A DNA stretch of 64,000 nt from the NCBI GenBank assembly GCA_973895155.1, contig OZ316892.1, forward strand, positions 16,606,357 through 16,670,356, in the 5' to 3' direction. A program made the translations under genes and the position numbers. This document shows positions 48,601 through 61,434 of this stretch, in pieces; position 1 is the first letter of the stretch; the number at the start of each line of letters is the position of its first letter. This stretch comes from Marsupella aquatica. Lineage: Eukaryota > Plantae > Marchantiophyta. The notes beneath the pieces were generated by a model that was not told where the DNA came from, did not search any database, and saw nothing but the letters and a program-made list of their open reading frames with translations.

Positions 48601-50192
48601 GGGGAATATCTTCAGAAGTCATGAACCAACAACATCTATATGGGACGACGGAGTGGGACGGAGAAATATTTGGGTTGGTCGTCGATCTCGAATCGCCTCT
48701 CGTCCTGGCACCTTCGGCAGGGTTAATGAACTCCTCACTGAGGTGGCCTCTGTCATCTTCAATTTCAGGCATGTTTCAACGTTCGTCAGAATGTTACTTG
48801 CTTGGTGAGTGTCCCTTCAGATTTGTAAATGTCCACTCAGAATCTTGTCTAGTCTAGAACTCGACTTCGAATTGATTTCGAGGTCTCTCACCAACGGTGC
48901 GCTTCTAGATTCCTTTACTTTTATGGATGCCTAGCTCCTGGGATGGAGTATTCTCTCAGATTGCCGGGATCTCTTCAGAACAAATCTTCGGCAAATTAGT
49001 TGTATGGAGTTTCAGATCCTCTCAACCCTCACTCTCCAGTATCACAACCGCTTCCATTGCTACTATTTGACTGTTTTAGGTCTCCGATTCCGAAACAGTA
49101 GCATGAATTGCTTTTTCAAGGCATGATCTTTCAACCCCGAGGTTTCCTCGTGTCCTTCCGAGGAGACGCCGCAACACTTGCTTACATGTTCACCTAAAAG
49201 TCTCTGTTTATCATCATCATAATCATTGACTTCCTTTGGCTACTTAGTCCATCGCTCAAAACCCCAATAAAACCCGTTTTTCATGTGAGAGCGGCGGTTT
49301 ACAGGTACGAGGATTACCTACAGTAGGTGGGTCCAGTGACTCGAAAACCAACTTGGCGTTACACTTCAGTGTAAAACGCCCACCTCTTCGCAGGGGGCCA
49401 GATGAGCAGTAAGGAGAAAAGATGACTATCCAGTTCCTTTGTACCAAAGCAGACCTGGAGTCTATTAGACAATTTGACCTAATAAACTCCCTCTCAATTG
49501 CAAAGTGGGCCCTGCCAATGTATCCACCAACATAATAGTTGAAATTGTAACCACACAAGGAGTTGCAGGCATCTTGGGCATTGTTTGCGTTGCAGGCATC
49601 TTGTGCATTGTTTGCGATGAATCAGCAGCAAACCACCTTTATGGTGGTTGCTTTGCAGCTTGGGACATAAACCTCTCATGATCTTTCAGCACTCCTAGTA
49701 GCAATCAACCAATGTGGCAGCAACTTTCAATTCTCACGTTCTGTGTGGACGGCATCGACTAGTTACGCCTAAAACAGCAGTGTCAAGTGGTCGTTCCAGA
49801 ATGCATTGCTGGAAGCGAGTAATGGCCCTCAAGTCACATTGATACAATTATATATGTCGCTTTTCAACTACACTAGGTGCCCACTACAAACACATCTACC
49901 GTAAATAAAATCAACAGCCTTTCTAATTTTCCCGAACCCAAGTCTGAAACCATGGCACTAACATGGCTCTTCCTTAAACCCTAGACCCCAAACCCTTTTC
50001 TCAACCGAGGCCCAGCACCAGCATCCACAGCTCGAATTTGGAGAATGGTCAGAGTAGTTATTTGTAACATCATCAGAAGTGTACGGGCATGGAAATCAGC
50101 TCTCCTTGATTTGGTCTTCAGAAATACTCGTGTTAACAATCAGAATTCTAATTAATTTTAGATCCTAGGAATTGAGATCCTAGGATTTGCTA

Positions 50193-52570
50193 CTACTTGA
50201 TAGCTGCATTCAAAATCTCCAAACTTGACTTGGAAAGTGCTTGCATTTGATCCTTGCTGTATACAGGGGTGGCGAAGACCACTGTCAATGTCAATTCGGG
50301 GCCAGGTATGAGAGTCCCTGCCAAGCAAAAGCATGGTCCAATGCCGTGCATGGATGAACATGGCCCAAAAGTGCCTGCCAAGTCCAACTTGTCGACATTC
50401 TTCCATTGGGCATCCATAGGTCCATCAATGAACACTGAGAATAATGCTATTCGAAGGGACGTCCTTTGTGTTAAGCTTGGACGCTTGAGGACCTGTTCCA
50501 AATGCACAGGTGAGCAGAAGTCAGGATTCCAGACACTTCATGTTTTAAGCAAGTGCTTTTCTATTATTGCATTACACAAGGTACTTGGACGAGATGTTCA
50601 CAAGACAACATGGTTACTTCAAAAGCAACGGATAAACGTTACCTGCCCGAAGAGCATATTGATTACAGGAAAGCTCAGTAAACTGTTTCAGTTTGCCCAG
50701 TTCCTTTTCAGTTGACGGTGAAACACTGCGTGCCAAGTCCCAGAAACTTATATCACTTTTCACTTGCTCATCTTGAGAGATGCCGGCCGTGTAGTTCCTA
50801 AGGCCCAGTGATCCGATTTCCGGCTCAAAGTAAGGTCGGCAATCCATTAAGCTGCTCTTGACAATGTCAACGACGACTACTGTAGTAAGCATTTAGTCCG
50901 AAACACGATTAATGTATGTAAGTCAACTAAAGAAGTTTAGCAGAGACACAAACAGTTTGTCAACCTCCTTGGGACATTAGACAATATCCTCACCATCCAT
51001 TATACTCTAGAGCTGTGATCACTGGACCCAATTTCTAGCGAGAAGCAAAGTCCAGCTACCTCCCATCTAGAATGAGACCTATTGGAATTGACGCAATGTT
51101 ACGCAACTTGCTGTTGACCTCCTCAGTTCTCAAGATGAGATGAGTACGTAGCAGTCTGAGCCTAGCACCCAGCACCCTTGAATATCTACTAATACAAAGC
51201 GTCTACTGTAGAGAACCCTTCTAGCAAGGAAATCCTGACTGATAAAAGGTGGAGTCAGAGAAGTACGTTGTGAAGCCAAACTTGTCCAGCTTTTTGTCTT
51301 TGAGCTCGTTGAGAAAGGCAGCCGACAATGCTGCTCCATAAGTAGATTTCTCCTCCTTGCTGCGCACAAGCAACGCAGCTGTTCCTGATACACAGAGTGG
51401 GAGCAAAGCTTTGTGTGGGAACGACAGATACCAAGAGAAAAAATCAGCTCATAGGTTTCAAGGTGTTGTTACCTCTACCCTGGTTGGACGTTATCTAACT
51501 ATCGCTATTTCATGATAGAAAGATGGCGCAGCACTCCTGATATTGCCTACGAGGACTTCCGATGTCTTTATTGGCACACCGTAATCCATGATCGATCTAT
51601 CGATGGAAATGAGTTCAATTTCTGAAAATGGGCATCCATCTGGGAAAACATGCATGATCCCATAAGATGCTCGCCTTAATAAGTAATCTTTACAATCCAT
51701 TGATGAAATCGGTGAAGGGTCGACGTTGCAGCAGGACACAAGTTTGACACAGTGCGTAGTACTGACCTTCTTTGCCCAGTGTATACGTCAAGATCTCACT
51801 GTTGTAGGCAGGTTGCTTAGGTTCAGCTGAAGGGAAACATCGCGAACTTATTGGCTGACATTGCATACAAGACAGTATCGAGTCCCTTCTGAAAGAAACT
51901 CTTCACAACTTTGCCCTTAGGAATTATGTCCTCGAAAGGTGGAAGGAGCTCGTTCGTTCCTGGGGCCTCTGGCAGGTGAGGAACCTTCCCATTGACGACA
52001 GCATTCAAGGCCGTGATGAAACTCTGCGAAATGTTGGGAACAGAAGGTCTATCCAACGGGCCGCCGTTGAACTTGAGATGATGATGGTTCTTTGCGGCGA
52101 CTCCTGTTCGTTGTAGACGTGAATTCTGAAGATGTTCACTGTCCCACTTATCTTTCCGGACACATTCCGGCGGTGCATTAAGCTCTTGTTTCGCAAGGCT
52201 CACGAGAGTGACGCTGAGCTTATGGTCCGGGCTGTTGTCTCCTGGAAGGACTAGCATACCATCGGTGATACTCGTATGTTCTAGCAATGGCCACGTAAAT
52301 TCTTTGACCGTTGGGGCACTGGGTGTCTGTGGAGCAGTGTATGCAAGCCTGCCTTCCGGAGTCTCCACAATCTGGGTCCTGAGGATGGCGTACTGGCCCT
52401 GCACTTCTCGGGCCGCCTCGGGTACGAGCTTCACTACATTTGTCTTTAGAGTGATGCCGACCAACTGCAGCCCTGTCCCGGCGGCTGCGGCCTTCGTCCA
52501 GTTCTCTTCCGTCGTCCCAAGCACTCTTCCACTCTTGGAATCCACTCCCGGACCAACGCTTGGAGCCAAT
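50193..52570 (-). pseudogene. Decayed multi-exon gene resembling the plant CoA-dependent acyltransferase/condensation-like family (Arabidopsis AT3G52610-like)
   Basis: Colinear pieces GRVLGTTEENWTKAAAAGTG (51823-52569), STYGAALSAAFL (51221-51406), LMDCRPYFEP..FWDLAR (50614-50892) and SLRIALFSVF..SSMHGIGP (50193-50507). No clean ATG and internal frameshifts. Family assignment is from recalled motifs. Confidence 0.65.
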
Positions 52571-54869
52571 ACTATTGCTGGCTAGTCAAAGTGCCTGGAA
52601 ACTACAGGTAATAGGCGGGCAAAGTGGCCAAGGATAAATTCCACCGCAATTCACAGGATAGCTTTGACGAACATGATAGCAGATGGACCTCGAATCAACA
52701 AACGCACCAAGCATCTCAGCGACATCGGCTACTTCGTGGACTTGACAATTATTTATTCAAATTCACCTCATATGACAGTCATCGCCACGAGAGTCTTGGG
52801 ATTTCGTTTACTGAAATTCTCATAAGGCTGGGGGTCTTCATGCTGTTGTACAATGTGGCAGTGAAACGCAAAGGACAACATGGAACATGCAGACCGATTG
52901 AACAAGGTCTACTACAAACTTCCTCCGATCTACGCAGTTGGAAGACGTCATGGAAGACGTCATGAATAGGTGAAAGGGAAAATCTACAAAAGATAGATGA
53001 AATCTTGGGTAAATTAGGTTGGTGGCGACGAATGGATTGGCGAGGACTTCCTTGTTTGAGTAACTTTGGCACAGACCGGATCGAGACTGAGAAGAAGGTC
53101 CATCGACAACTTATGCTATAAACATCCTGAAATTCCAACTAGAAACAAGAAAATGGCACCGAGACACAGTGGAGAGCGTAGACCGTAAGTGAAACAGGTA
53201 CGCTGTCAGTCAACCAATGGGCATGATGCCAGATGACCACAATGGATGCAAGATCACAATACCGCGGTTACTGCCAGTCCCTGCATGCGCAACTAGGAAC
53301 CCAGCGGGTACAATGCTCCATTTATGGCTGTGATGAAACCTTGCTTTTAACGAAGTCTTAAAAATGAGGAGCGCCTGCTTGCGTGTGCACCGCGGATGAC
53401 AAGTACCTCTCCGGCAACCCGATAACCAGAGATTGACAGATAAGCCACAAAAATATGAGCGCCGTAGTTTTCCCCCTCGCACGGGAATCTTGCGGCTCAG
53501 CTGTAGACCCGGCCCTATACTAAATCATCACCAGACCTCGCATTCCAAAAAATCAAGTCTTGGAATTGAAACAGGCGAGCCCGATTGCGTGGCTTCTGCA
53601 AGTCAGATGTCAAATCTCTCCACGGCAACCCAGTCCACAAGAAGAATAAACGAGGAAAGGCAGAGATTTGAGTACCATACTCCATAAATGTTCCATGCAT
53701 CCACACACATCTAATGTTCTCAATAACTCAGCAGTAGCTTGTCAATCGAATACATGAAGGGACGTTCTGATCGGGGCAACATGAACGTATGTTACGGGGA
53801 AGATCTTACTATGAGAGCTCACGCAATTTGGATCACTCCTAAGCTTTGATTATGCGACTGTGTGCACTGCAGGTACTGCGGCCAGGCCTAAAGTAATAAG
53901 GTCGACAGCTTCAGTTGGATTACTAAGGAAAGCGATGCGACACCCTGGCGACGCCGCATTGTACGATGGGCAGTTTAGAGTTAATTCCTAAGATAGATCG
54001 GAGGTGAACTGTCTATTAGCTCAGTTTTGGATGTGCCTCAAAAGATTGTCTTCGACTAAAACTAACCTCTGTGAGAGTAACAGAAGTGGGCGTGGCGTCG
54101 TCAAGCTGCCAAATGCTTCGAATCTAACACTCACCTAAGTGTGACAGTAACAGAAGTTGAGCGTCGTCGAGCTGCCAAACGCTTCGAATCGATTTCCCGG
54201 GATTCTCGTAGGTAACTCTATGTAAGAGATCAGGGAAATAATGTTCACGGATAACTCAGTAGAAAAGAACGGTCTACACATACGAGAGCAGATTTAAGGA
54301 GAAACGTGAGTTTAGGTCATTCATTCCTTCATTGGGTGGTGAGAAATCAAGAGAAGACGAGTGCGCAAGCTAACCAAGATCACAGTTCAGCTGTAGGAGA
54401 AGATTCAATTCACTCAAAAAACACTCAATCCAGTAGGGCAGGGCAGTGTCCTTCGGTCATTTGTCATATGCATGATGATTATAGCATGTTCATCCTAATA
54501 CATGCCTATTTTGACTTGTCCAAAAAAATTTGAAACAACCAATATAAGAGTTCATATGAGGAGACAAATTTGACTAGTTTATGAAACACAAATATTGAAA
54601 GAATGATTATAAGAAAAGTTAATAGAAACATGCAAACCTTTTAGAAAGTGAGAGCAATACCTACTTTTGTTCCTTTTCAATTTTCTGCTCTATTGGGAGG
54701 GGCTCTTTATTTAGTTGACACCAGCCTGTTAAAGCACAAAACTTTATAACCAAGGACATATAAGCTGCATCAAATATTAGAATCCTAGTTGCCTGGTTGA
54801 AGAGTCCAACATTCTCATGCAAGTAAGGAAAAATTCACTTAAAATGATAAATAAAATAGAGGAAATATT

Positions 54870-55242
54870 GAACTTAAAGCTGGGATAGACACAAACGTTT
54901 GAGAAAAAGCCCCGATGGACAAACACAACCTGGATGGACACAGAACAAACTTAAGATGTGCTTGTATAACATGCTTTTCACTTGTGCTCCAATGGTGACC
55001 TGTAAGGAGCTGTCGGGCCGGGAGCAGGAGGTTTTTGGTTGTTTCTTCCCATAGTCTATCCAGGCAGGAGCAACGGAGGAGGTTAGACGTACTTAACTTA
55101 ATGTCAATCTTGGTTAGCTTCCGTTCATAAGACACTTGTAATCCATTTTGGGTGTCATTAGGGATTGGTGTTACAGTGTCAATAGGCTGTGTCCATCCAG
55201 GTTGTCCCTACAAACGTTTGTGTCTATCCTGGCTTTAAGTTC
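54870..55242. mobile_element. Mutator-like MITE (373 bp)
   Basis: TIR GAACTTAAAGC(TG/CA)GGATAGACACAAACGTTTG (~32 bp) with 9-bp TSD GGAAATATT at 54861-54869 and 55243-55251. Confidence 0.88.
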
Positions 55243-56810
55243 GGAAATATTGGAACCTAATAAAAACTAAGGAAATGACAAAATTAAAGGGGCTGGAATA
55301 ATGATTAAACTCTAAGTAATACATGGCAAAAGCACAGGTTAGAGCAGATTGACATAAAAATATATTCATTTGCAAGCAATTTGGATAAGACAAGATAGTG
55401 AAAGAGTGTCCCGCCATATAGCACCCTCAAAAAATGACTAAAGAATACTGCCCTACTGGTCCACTCAATCCCTGCACCCCCAGTAGAGCAGCGGCGCCCT
55501 GTAGAAAGGACCCAACATTGACTGCATTCAAGTAGGTGGTGTAACTGAGTTTAAGAACATTTGGCAGTTCAACATACAGGCCTGGTTAAGTCTACAACTC
55601 ATCATTGGTGTCCAAGATGTCCAGAAAAATACAAGAGGGGCCTGGTTAGGTCCTTTGTTATATTTGCTATAAATTAACCCCACATCTCAACTTGAAGTCT
55701 TCCCCTAGATTTCCATTTGTATTTTGAAAGCACTTTATCTAGCAGAATAAGTGACAAGAGTGCACTTTATCTAGCAGGATACTTCATGAGACTATCAGGG
55801 ATGAATTCTCACTTTGGTCTCACCCTTTTGAAAATTTTGTGTGGGACACAAAGTCCATGAACACCCGCCCTCTTTAGGAGACCTCTCAAATAAAGCCTAC
55901 AGGATCTCTAGTTTGGAGAATAACCTAGTTGGGGGTGTTACCCTGCAGATTTATGTTATGGCAATTGAATTGATGTGTTTGTCTAGATCACCAGCTCAGG
56001 AATTGATAGGTTTAAGTTAAGACAAACACATGGAGTGTTCACATTGTGGAGTCTAGCCTTCACATTGTCTGATTTCATGATTTGGATTGATTAAGTACAT
56101 TTTACACCAAGAAAATTATCATTAGTAACAATCCCTAGCTCCACTCAAGGCCTCCTTTCTAAAGTCCCTCCTGTCTAAAGGGAAGAAGCCTCTAGACCCT
56201 GACTCTCAGCATAACTAAAAGTGTGGGGTCTCTAGACCACTAAAGACCATGACTCTCTAGCATCACTCAAAGTGGGGGTGAAGCTCTAGACCATGAATCT
56301 GGTCATAACTGAAAGTGGGGGTCTCTAAACCTTGACTCTGGGGCATCACTGCAATTGGGGTCTCTGGGGTCTCTAGGCAGGGACTCTACGGCACACCAGA
56401 AAGTGGAGTTTTGGGGGCATACCCGTAAGAGCATCTCCACCGGGACCTGCAAACAGCCCCGTAACCTCCATTCCTGGGAAATAGCGGCTTGGTTTTCCGG
56501 ATACACACTCCACCGCCACCCCGCAACCTCCATTTCATTTACGGTGTCCCCTCAAGTTGCTGACCGCGACCGCCAGATTTGGTCGCGTTGGCGGTCGGGG
56601 CCTGGAACCTCCAAATCGAGACCCAAATGAATCAACGATGGAAACTGCTACACGCGTTGCCATCGTAGGGTGGGTGGCAAAGACTTCCTGCTCGGTCACT
56701 TTCCCGCGGTGGACTGGCATTTGTCGTGCGAAACTGCAAATCCTCGTGCAAAAGCACTGTTGCACGAATCTCGTGTCTAGCAGGATCAACATATAAGAAT
56801 CATTGCTAGC

Positions 56811-57473
56811 ACTCGGGGGAAAAATTACAGTGAAAGCGAGTTGAAGCAGCTGTGCTACAGCGTGCTCCATGTTTCACAAGATCCCGTCGTTGGAACTGGC
56901 CAGAGAGCTGAGAAATTTTGGGATCGAGTAGCAGAGCATTATCATAAAAACAAGGGTCGGGAATTTGAGACGAGGGGCAAGAAATCACTCGAAGGCAAGT
57001 GGTCAGACATCAAGCACGATGTCCAGAAATTTATAGGAGCGTACCAGCAAGTTGATAGCAGACAGGTTTCAGGAACCAATGCCGAAGACACCTTGAAATT
57101 CGCCAAGGAGCTGTACAAGGAGAATCATCCTAAGAACAAAAACTTTGCTTTTGATTGTTGCTATTATATTCTGAGGGATTGCCCAAGGTTTATGAGTCCA
57201 GAGAACGACATGCCAAAAGGGAAGGCCAAGAGACCAGACAGAAATCTGCCCTACAATGACAGTCCCACTCCAGAGGTCGTCGAGCTTGATTCTGATAATT
57301 CGCCAGGCGAAAATGGAGATGAGACAGAGTCCAATCAAGGATCCAGCAAAAAAAGGCCTTCTGGAAATCGGGCTGCAATTTCAATGTTCCACCTCCAATT
57401 CGAGTGGAGACACCTATGCCCCAATCACCACCTCCAACTCCAGTGCCCACCGAGGACCCTTCAGACGATCTAG
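56811..57473 (+). CDS. Harbinger Myb/SANT-like (NAM-associated) DNA-binding protein, main exon, probably frameshifted at the 3' end
   Basis: RGKNYSESELKQLCYSVLHVSQDPVVGTGQRAEKFWDRV..RGKKSLEGKWSDIKHDVQKF..FAFDCCYYILRDCPRF, with a possible splice acceptor AG at ~56810. Confidence 0.8.
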   Translation, partial: TRGKNYSESELKQLCYSVLHVSQDPVVGTGQRAEKFWDRVAEHYHKNKGREFETRGKKSLEGKWSDIKHDVQKFIGAYQQVDSRQVSGTNAEDTLKFAKELYKENHPKNKNFAFDCCYYILRDCPRFMSPENDMPKGKAKRPDRNLPYNDSPTPEVVELDSDNSPGENGDETESNQGSSKKRPSGNRAAISMFHLQFEWRHLCPNHHLQLQCPPRTLQTI

Positions 57474-57989
57474 AAGTAGCATGGCTTGCACAGGAAGTGG
57501 ATCCATTTGTAGGACCACAACCAGCTTTGTAAAATCAGTATGTACGACATAAATAAAATTGGTCTTCATTCAGGTTTTTTTCTTGTATGACAAATCAAAT
57601 TGGTGTTTCTTGCAATTCAACATTGTGCACATGGCAAGTCTTTCTTTCAATATCGTGACAGTCAATTCATACAGATCCAATTCAATACATGTTGTTTCAT
57701 TTCAGTCCACATTCAGAAAATCATCGAGTGGCAAACAAAAGGGCCAAAGAACAGACAGTTGTTCATATGATTCAAAATTCCATTCTCATCAATTGTCAGG
57801 CCAAAAAGCTCACGACATTGAGAATTACAAGCCCTTTCAAGGACCAAAACGTGCAATCCCAAATAAATCTGTGGGTAGCACACTAGAGCTATTCAAAATT
57901 AGGGTTCAGCCTAAAAATAAAAGAAACCTTGCTTCAAATCCATGGCATGAGACCTTGGTCATGTACTAAACTCAGGACTGCCCTAAAAC

Positions 57990-58367
57990 CTAATACCAAT
58001 CCCAACCCCCACCATACTCATCCTCAGAGTCGGACTTTGGCTGAACCCCAGCAGTGTTGGCCTTCTGCGCATCTGTGACAGTCGATTCCTTCTTGGAATC
58101 TGCCACAGCCGAGCCCTTCTTCACCTCGCCAACAGACGAGCCACCCTTTGTGTCCCCCACAGCTGAGCCATTCTTTGGCTCCTCAATTTCATGGCCGTTT
58201 GCATCAAGGCCATTCCTGGACCTCAAAATCAGCAAAGCCAGGTGCTTGAAGCGCACCTCCATCCTGTCGTCATCAGAGTCCCACAATGTGAGCTCTTTGC
58301 TCTTATCATTCTCCTTCTCCACTACAGCTTTTGCTTTACCCTTCTGTGATTTCTTGGTGGGAGGCAT
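57990..58367 (-). CDS. Small accessory ORF inside the Harbinger (125 aa, basic N-terminus, 9-aa repeats, acidic/aromatic tail)
   Basis: MPPTKKSQKGKAK...KNGSAVGDT KGGSSVGEV KKGSAVADS KKESTVTDA...DSEDEYGGGWDWY, with a TTCTGCAG acceptor just upstream of the ATG. Confidence 0.5.
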   Translation of the reverse strand: MPPTKKSQKGKAKAVVEKENDKSKELTLWDSDDDRMEVRFKHLALLILRSRNGLDANGHEIEEPKNGSAVGDTKGGSSVGEVKKGSAVADSKKESTVTDAQKANTAGVQPKSDSEDEYGGGWDWY

Positions 58368-58675
58368 GCTGGCTGCAGAATAGAACAATGCAAATGAGCA
58401 AGCTATGGAAGTTGACGAGAGTGCGAGCTTGGCAAGCTGAAATGCCCGATAACCTGAGTGCAAAACAATGAGGAATTGGGGTGACAAGGTCGAGGTATTT
58501 GCTGGGGTGAAGGTCGAGGTTGGAGAGCCTCGCAAGGTTGCACATCCCGTTGCACATGTCTGGCCTGCATGAAGTAACATGAAACTGAATGAAGCGTGCA
58601 AGGAAGTTGTACAAATTGTACAACGCGTCATATTTCAAAATAAGCATGGAGTGTATGTTAAAACTCACCCAGTTG

Positions 58676-59989
58676 CTAATTTCCATAGCCTGCACCCTTT
58701 GTATTCCATAAATGGTCCACAAGGTCATTCCTGAGCTTGAAATGAGAGCCTTTGTCATGAATTTGCCTGGTAGCTTCCAAGAATTGCAACCATGGCATCA
58801 ACCCTCTTCTCACTGGTGGTGGACGAATCATCAAGTATGGAGTGAAGTTCTCTTCTCTCTCATCCTCCAGGATCATGTTATGCAAGATGACACATGCCAT
58901 TAAAATGTTTGTGAGGTTAGCCACAAACCAAGACCGTGCAGGTCTTTTTACAATTTCAAATCTGGCTTGCAAAACTCCAAAAGCCCTCTCTACATCTTTC
59001 CTAGCACCTTCTTGGCATTTTGCAAAGTGCCTCAATTTTTCAGATTGTGGTACATGCACAGTTGAAATGAACATAGACCATTCAGGGTAAATACCATCCA
59101 CCAACAAATATGCTTGATTGTATTGTACTCCATTGACCTGAAATGAGACCCTGGCAGACTCATTTGCCAACCACTCATTCAAGAGTGGGGATCTGTCTAG
59201 AACATTGATGTCATTGTTCTCTCTAGCCAGCCCAAAAAAGGCGTGCCAAATCCACAACTCCTGATCTGCAATTGCCTCTAAAATCAGGGATTTTGTTTTG
59301 TCCTTGTCTTGGTATTGACCCTGCCAGGCCACAGGGCAATTTTTCCACTCCCAATGCATGCAATCCAAGGACCCAAACATCTCAGGAAACCCTCTTTGTT
59401 CATTTATGGCAAGATTCTTCTTCCAGTGTTCCCCTGTTGGCTTCCTCAAATATACTGGTTCATACAATTGTCTGATTGCCTTGACAAACCTGTATAGAGA
59501 CTCCAAAGCTGTGGTTTCAGCAATTCTACAGTATTCATCTATTGCATCTGCCCCTATACCATATGCTAGTTGTCTGAGAGATGCAGTGATTTTTTGATGA
59601 GGAGAAAGACCAGGCTTTCCTGTTGCATCAAATTTCAATTGAAAATAGCAGTCATGTGCACACACTGCTAGGAGAATCTTATTGAATAACCTAGAACTCA
59701 TACGATACCTCCTTCTGAATTTCAGCTCATCATATGTAGGATTTTCCGAGAAGTAGTCATTCCATAGATCCTCTGCACCTTTGCCTCTCTTCCTGTCCAC
59801 ATTTGGAGCTTTGCCTGGCTTGGACCCTCCGTGCTTTCTCTTTCTTGATGCTCCTTGTACGATGGATTGAATTGACAATTGTCCTGTGGACAAAATCTGC
59901 CCCCAGAAACTTTGCTCCTCCTCCCAAACTTCCTCGTCTTCCTCTATCATCTTCAACAAGTTGCCCCTCCATGAAATTGTGGCAGCCAT
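58676..59989 (-). CDS. PIF/Harbinger DDE transposase (437 aa)
   Basis: FRRRYRMS, FGSLDCMHWEWKNCP, NDINVL, YLLVDGIYP and RKDVERAFGVLQARF in an uninterrupted ORF. Confidence 0.95.
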   Translation of the reverse strand: MAATISWRGNLLKMIEEDEEVWEEEQSFWGQILSTGQLSIQSIVQGASRKRKHGGSKPGKAPNVDRKRGKGAEDLWNDYFSENPTYDELKFRRRYRMSSRLFNKILLAVCAHDCYFQLKFDATGKPGLSPHQKITASLRQLAYGIGADAIDEYCRIAETTALESLYRFVKAIRQLYEPVYLRKPTGEHWKKNLAINEQRGFPEMFGSLDCMHWEWKNCPVAWQGQYQDKDKTKSLILEAIADQELWIWHAFFGLARENNDINVLDRSPLLNEWLANESARVSFQVNGVQYNQAYLLVDGIYPEWSMFISTVHVPQSEKLRHFAKCQEGARKDVERAFGVLQARFEIVKRPARSWFVANLTNILMACVILHNMILEDEREENFTPYLMIRPPPVRRGLMPWLQFLEATRQIHDKGSHFKLRNDLVDHLWNTKGAGYGN

Positions 59990-61434
59990 GGCTATAGAAA
60001 TGAAATCAAGAACCTGTGTTTATGAATGTGCGCAATCTCCAAGCCCCTCTCTTCAATGCACGAGACTTGATGAGTCGAGAAACACAAACCCGATGTTTCT
60101 TGGTGATTTTTTACTTGGGACGAACGTCGGCACAAAAATGCGGGCCCATGTTTGGGGGTGCCGGTGGGGAATTCCATAATTTAAAGTTGGCCCCTAAACT
60201 ATGGGGCCCGCAAATCGCCTGGCAAAATTTGCCGATAGCGGTCACGTGCCGCTAAACTGGTGGAGATGCTCTAAGTGGGGTTTGCCCTCACCTCTAAACA
60301 GGCAGTCAGGCTAGTTTGTATTAATACAAAGAGCTATTTGAATATTAAGTAATATTTCAGAGTTGACTATGCATTACTTCAATTCAATGAAGTAATAATT
60401 TGTCAAATACTATCAACTATGGGAACTTTAACTTACAAAAAATTACAAATCACAGACTTAGATCTTTTCAATGCGAGTCGTTGTTAGACTTCTTGCTTGC
60501 ATTAGAGCTCACTTTCAATACTTTGGAGTAAATTCTGAGAGAGCTACTTTATGGGTTTAGATAGGGGATCTCTAGCCATGATCCTTGAGATTATACATCC
60601 GTTGGGGACCAAGGAGGTCTCCGGAGTAGGTGTGAAGCTATCAAATCTCCAGGACCCAACAATGTAGCATTCAGTGAGAATAAGCTCTACATTGTAGCAA
60701 TCATCTCATGTTGGAATCAAATTGCCCTTGCACGAATATGGAGCGCTTGAAATTCTATTCACGTTGAAAGGTACTAAGACAGGTCAAGCTTGCAGACTTG
60801 CTATCAAGCCTGGTGGGGCACATTCGGCAAGCCTTTACATTGGCTTTATAACCCGCCATTCGAAAACTTGCCTCGACTTGCACTGGTTTACACAGTACTG
60901 AGAACGAATATGATCCAGCAGAGGCATCGGCGGCCATGACTTAATTAAAGGCAACAATCAAGCAACTGACACAGTCCTCTACATTTTCTATAGTAGAGTA
61001 AAGGAAAAGCCGCCACACGAAGTGAAGTTCAAAGTAAAACTCAACGGAGTCGACATGACAGTGGAAAAATCGATTCAGAATATTAAATAAAAGCCTTCAG
61101 TCCCGTGTCAGTAAAAACTTCCTGACCCACACGCGAGATATGTATTTTAGTCTCTGCTGACGGAGACGAGCAAAGGAGCAAAACGGACTGGAACAACTGA
61201 ATGAATGAATGAATGAATAACGTAAAGATTCCATTAGAGAATGACTGACTAGATGATGGGATGAGGGACAAACAGTACAAAAGTGGGCAACAACCGAGCT
61301 CCTGAACCTACAGTGATAGAGGAATCTGTTCAGAACTCACGTGATTTTCACTTGTTCTGGAAGAACAGGTTATGATTTACAATCTCCGCTTCATCAATGA
61401 ATTGGATAACCGTGAAGGAACCAGAGAAGAAGAC

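Larger units (their letters stand above)
56429..60271. mobile_element. PIF/Harbinger DNA transposon, full length
   Basis: TIR GAGCATCTCCACC(G/A)G at both ends and TAA TSD (56426-56428, 60272-60274). Contains transposase and Myb/SANT-like ORFs. Confidence 0.95.

Noticed and set aside
47700-49260. Possible decayed TE coding sequence
   Set aside because: Coding-like texture but no recognisable motif.
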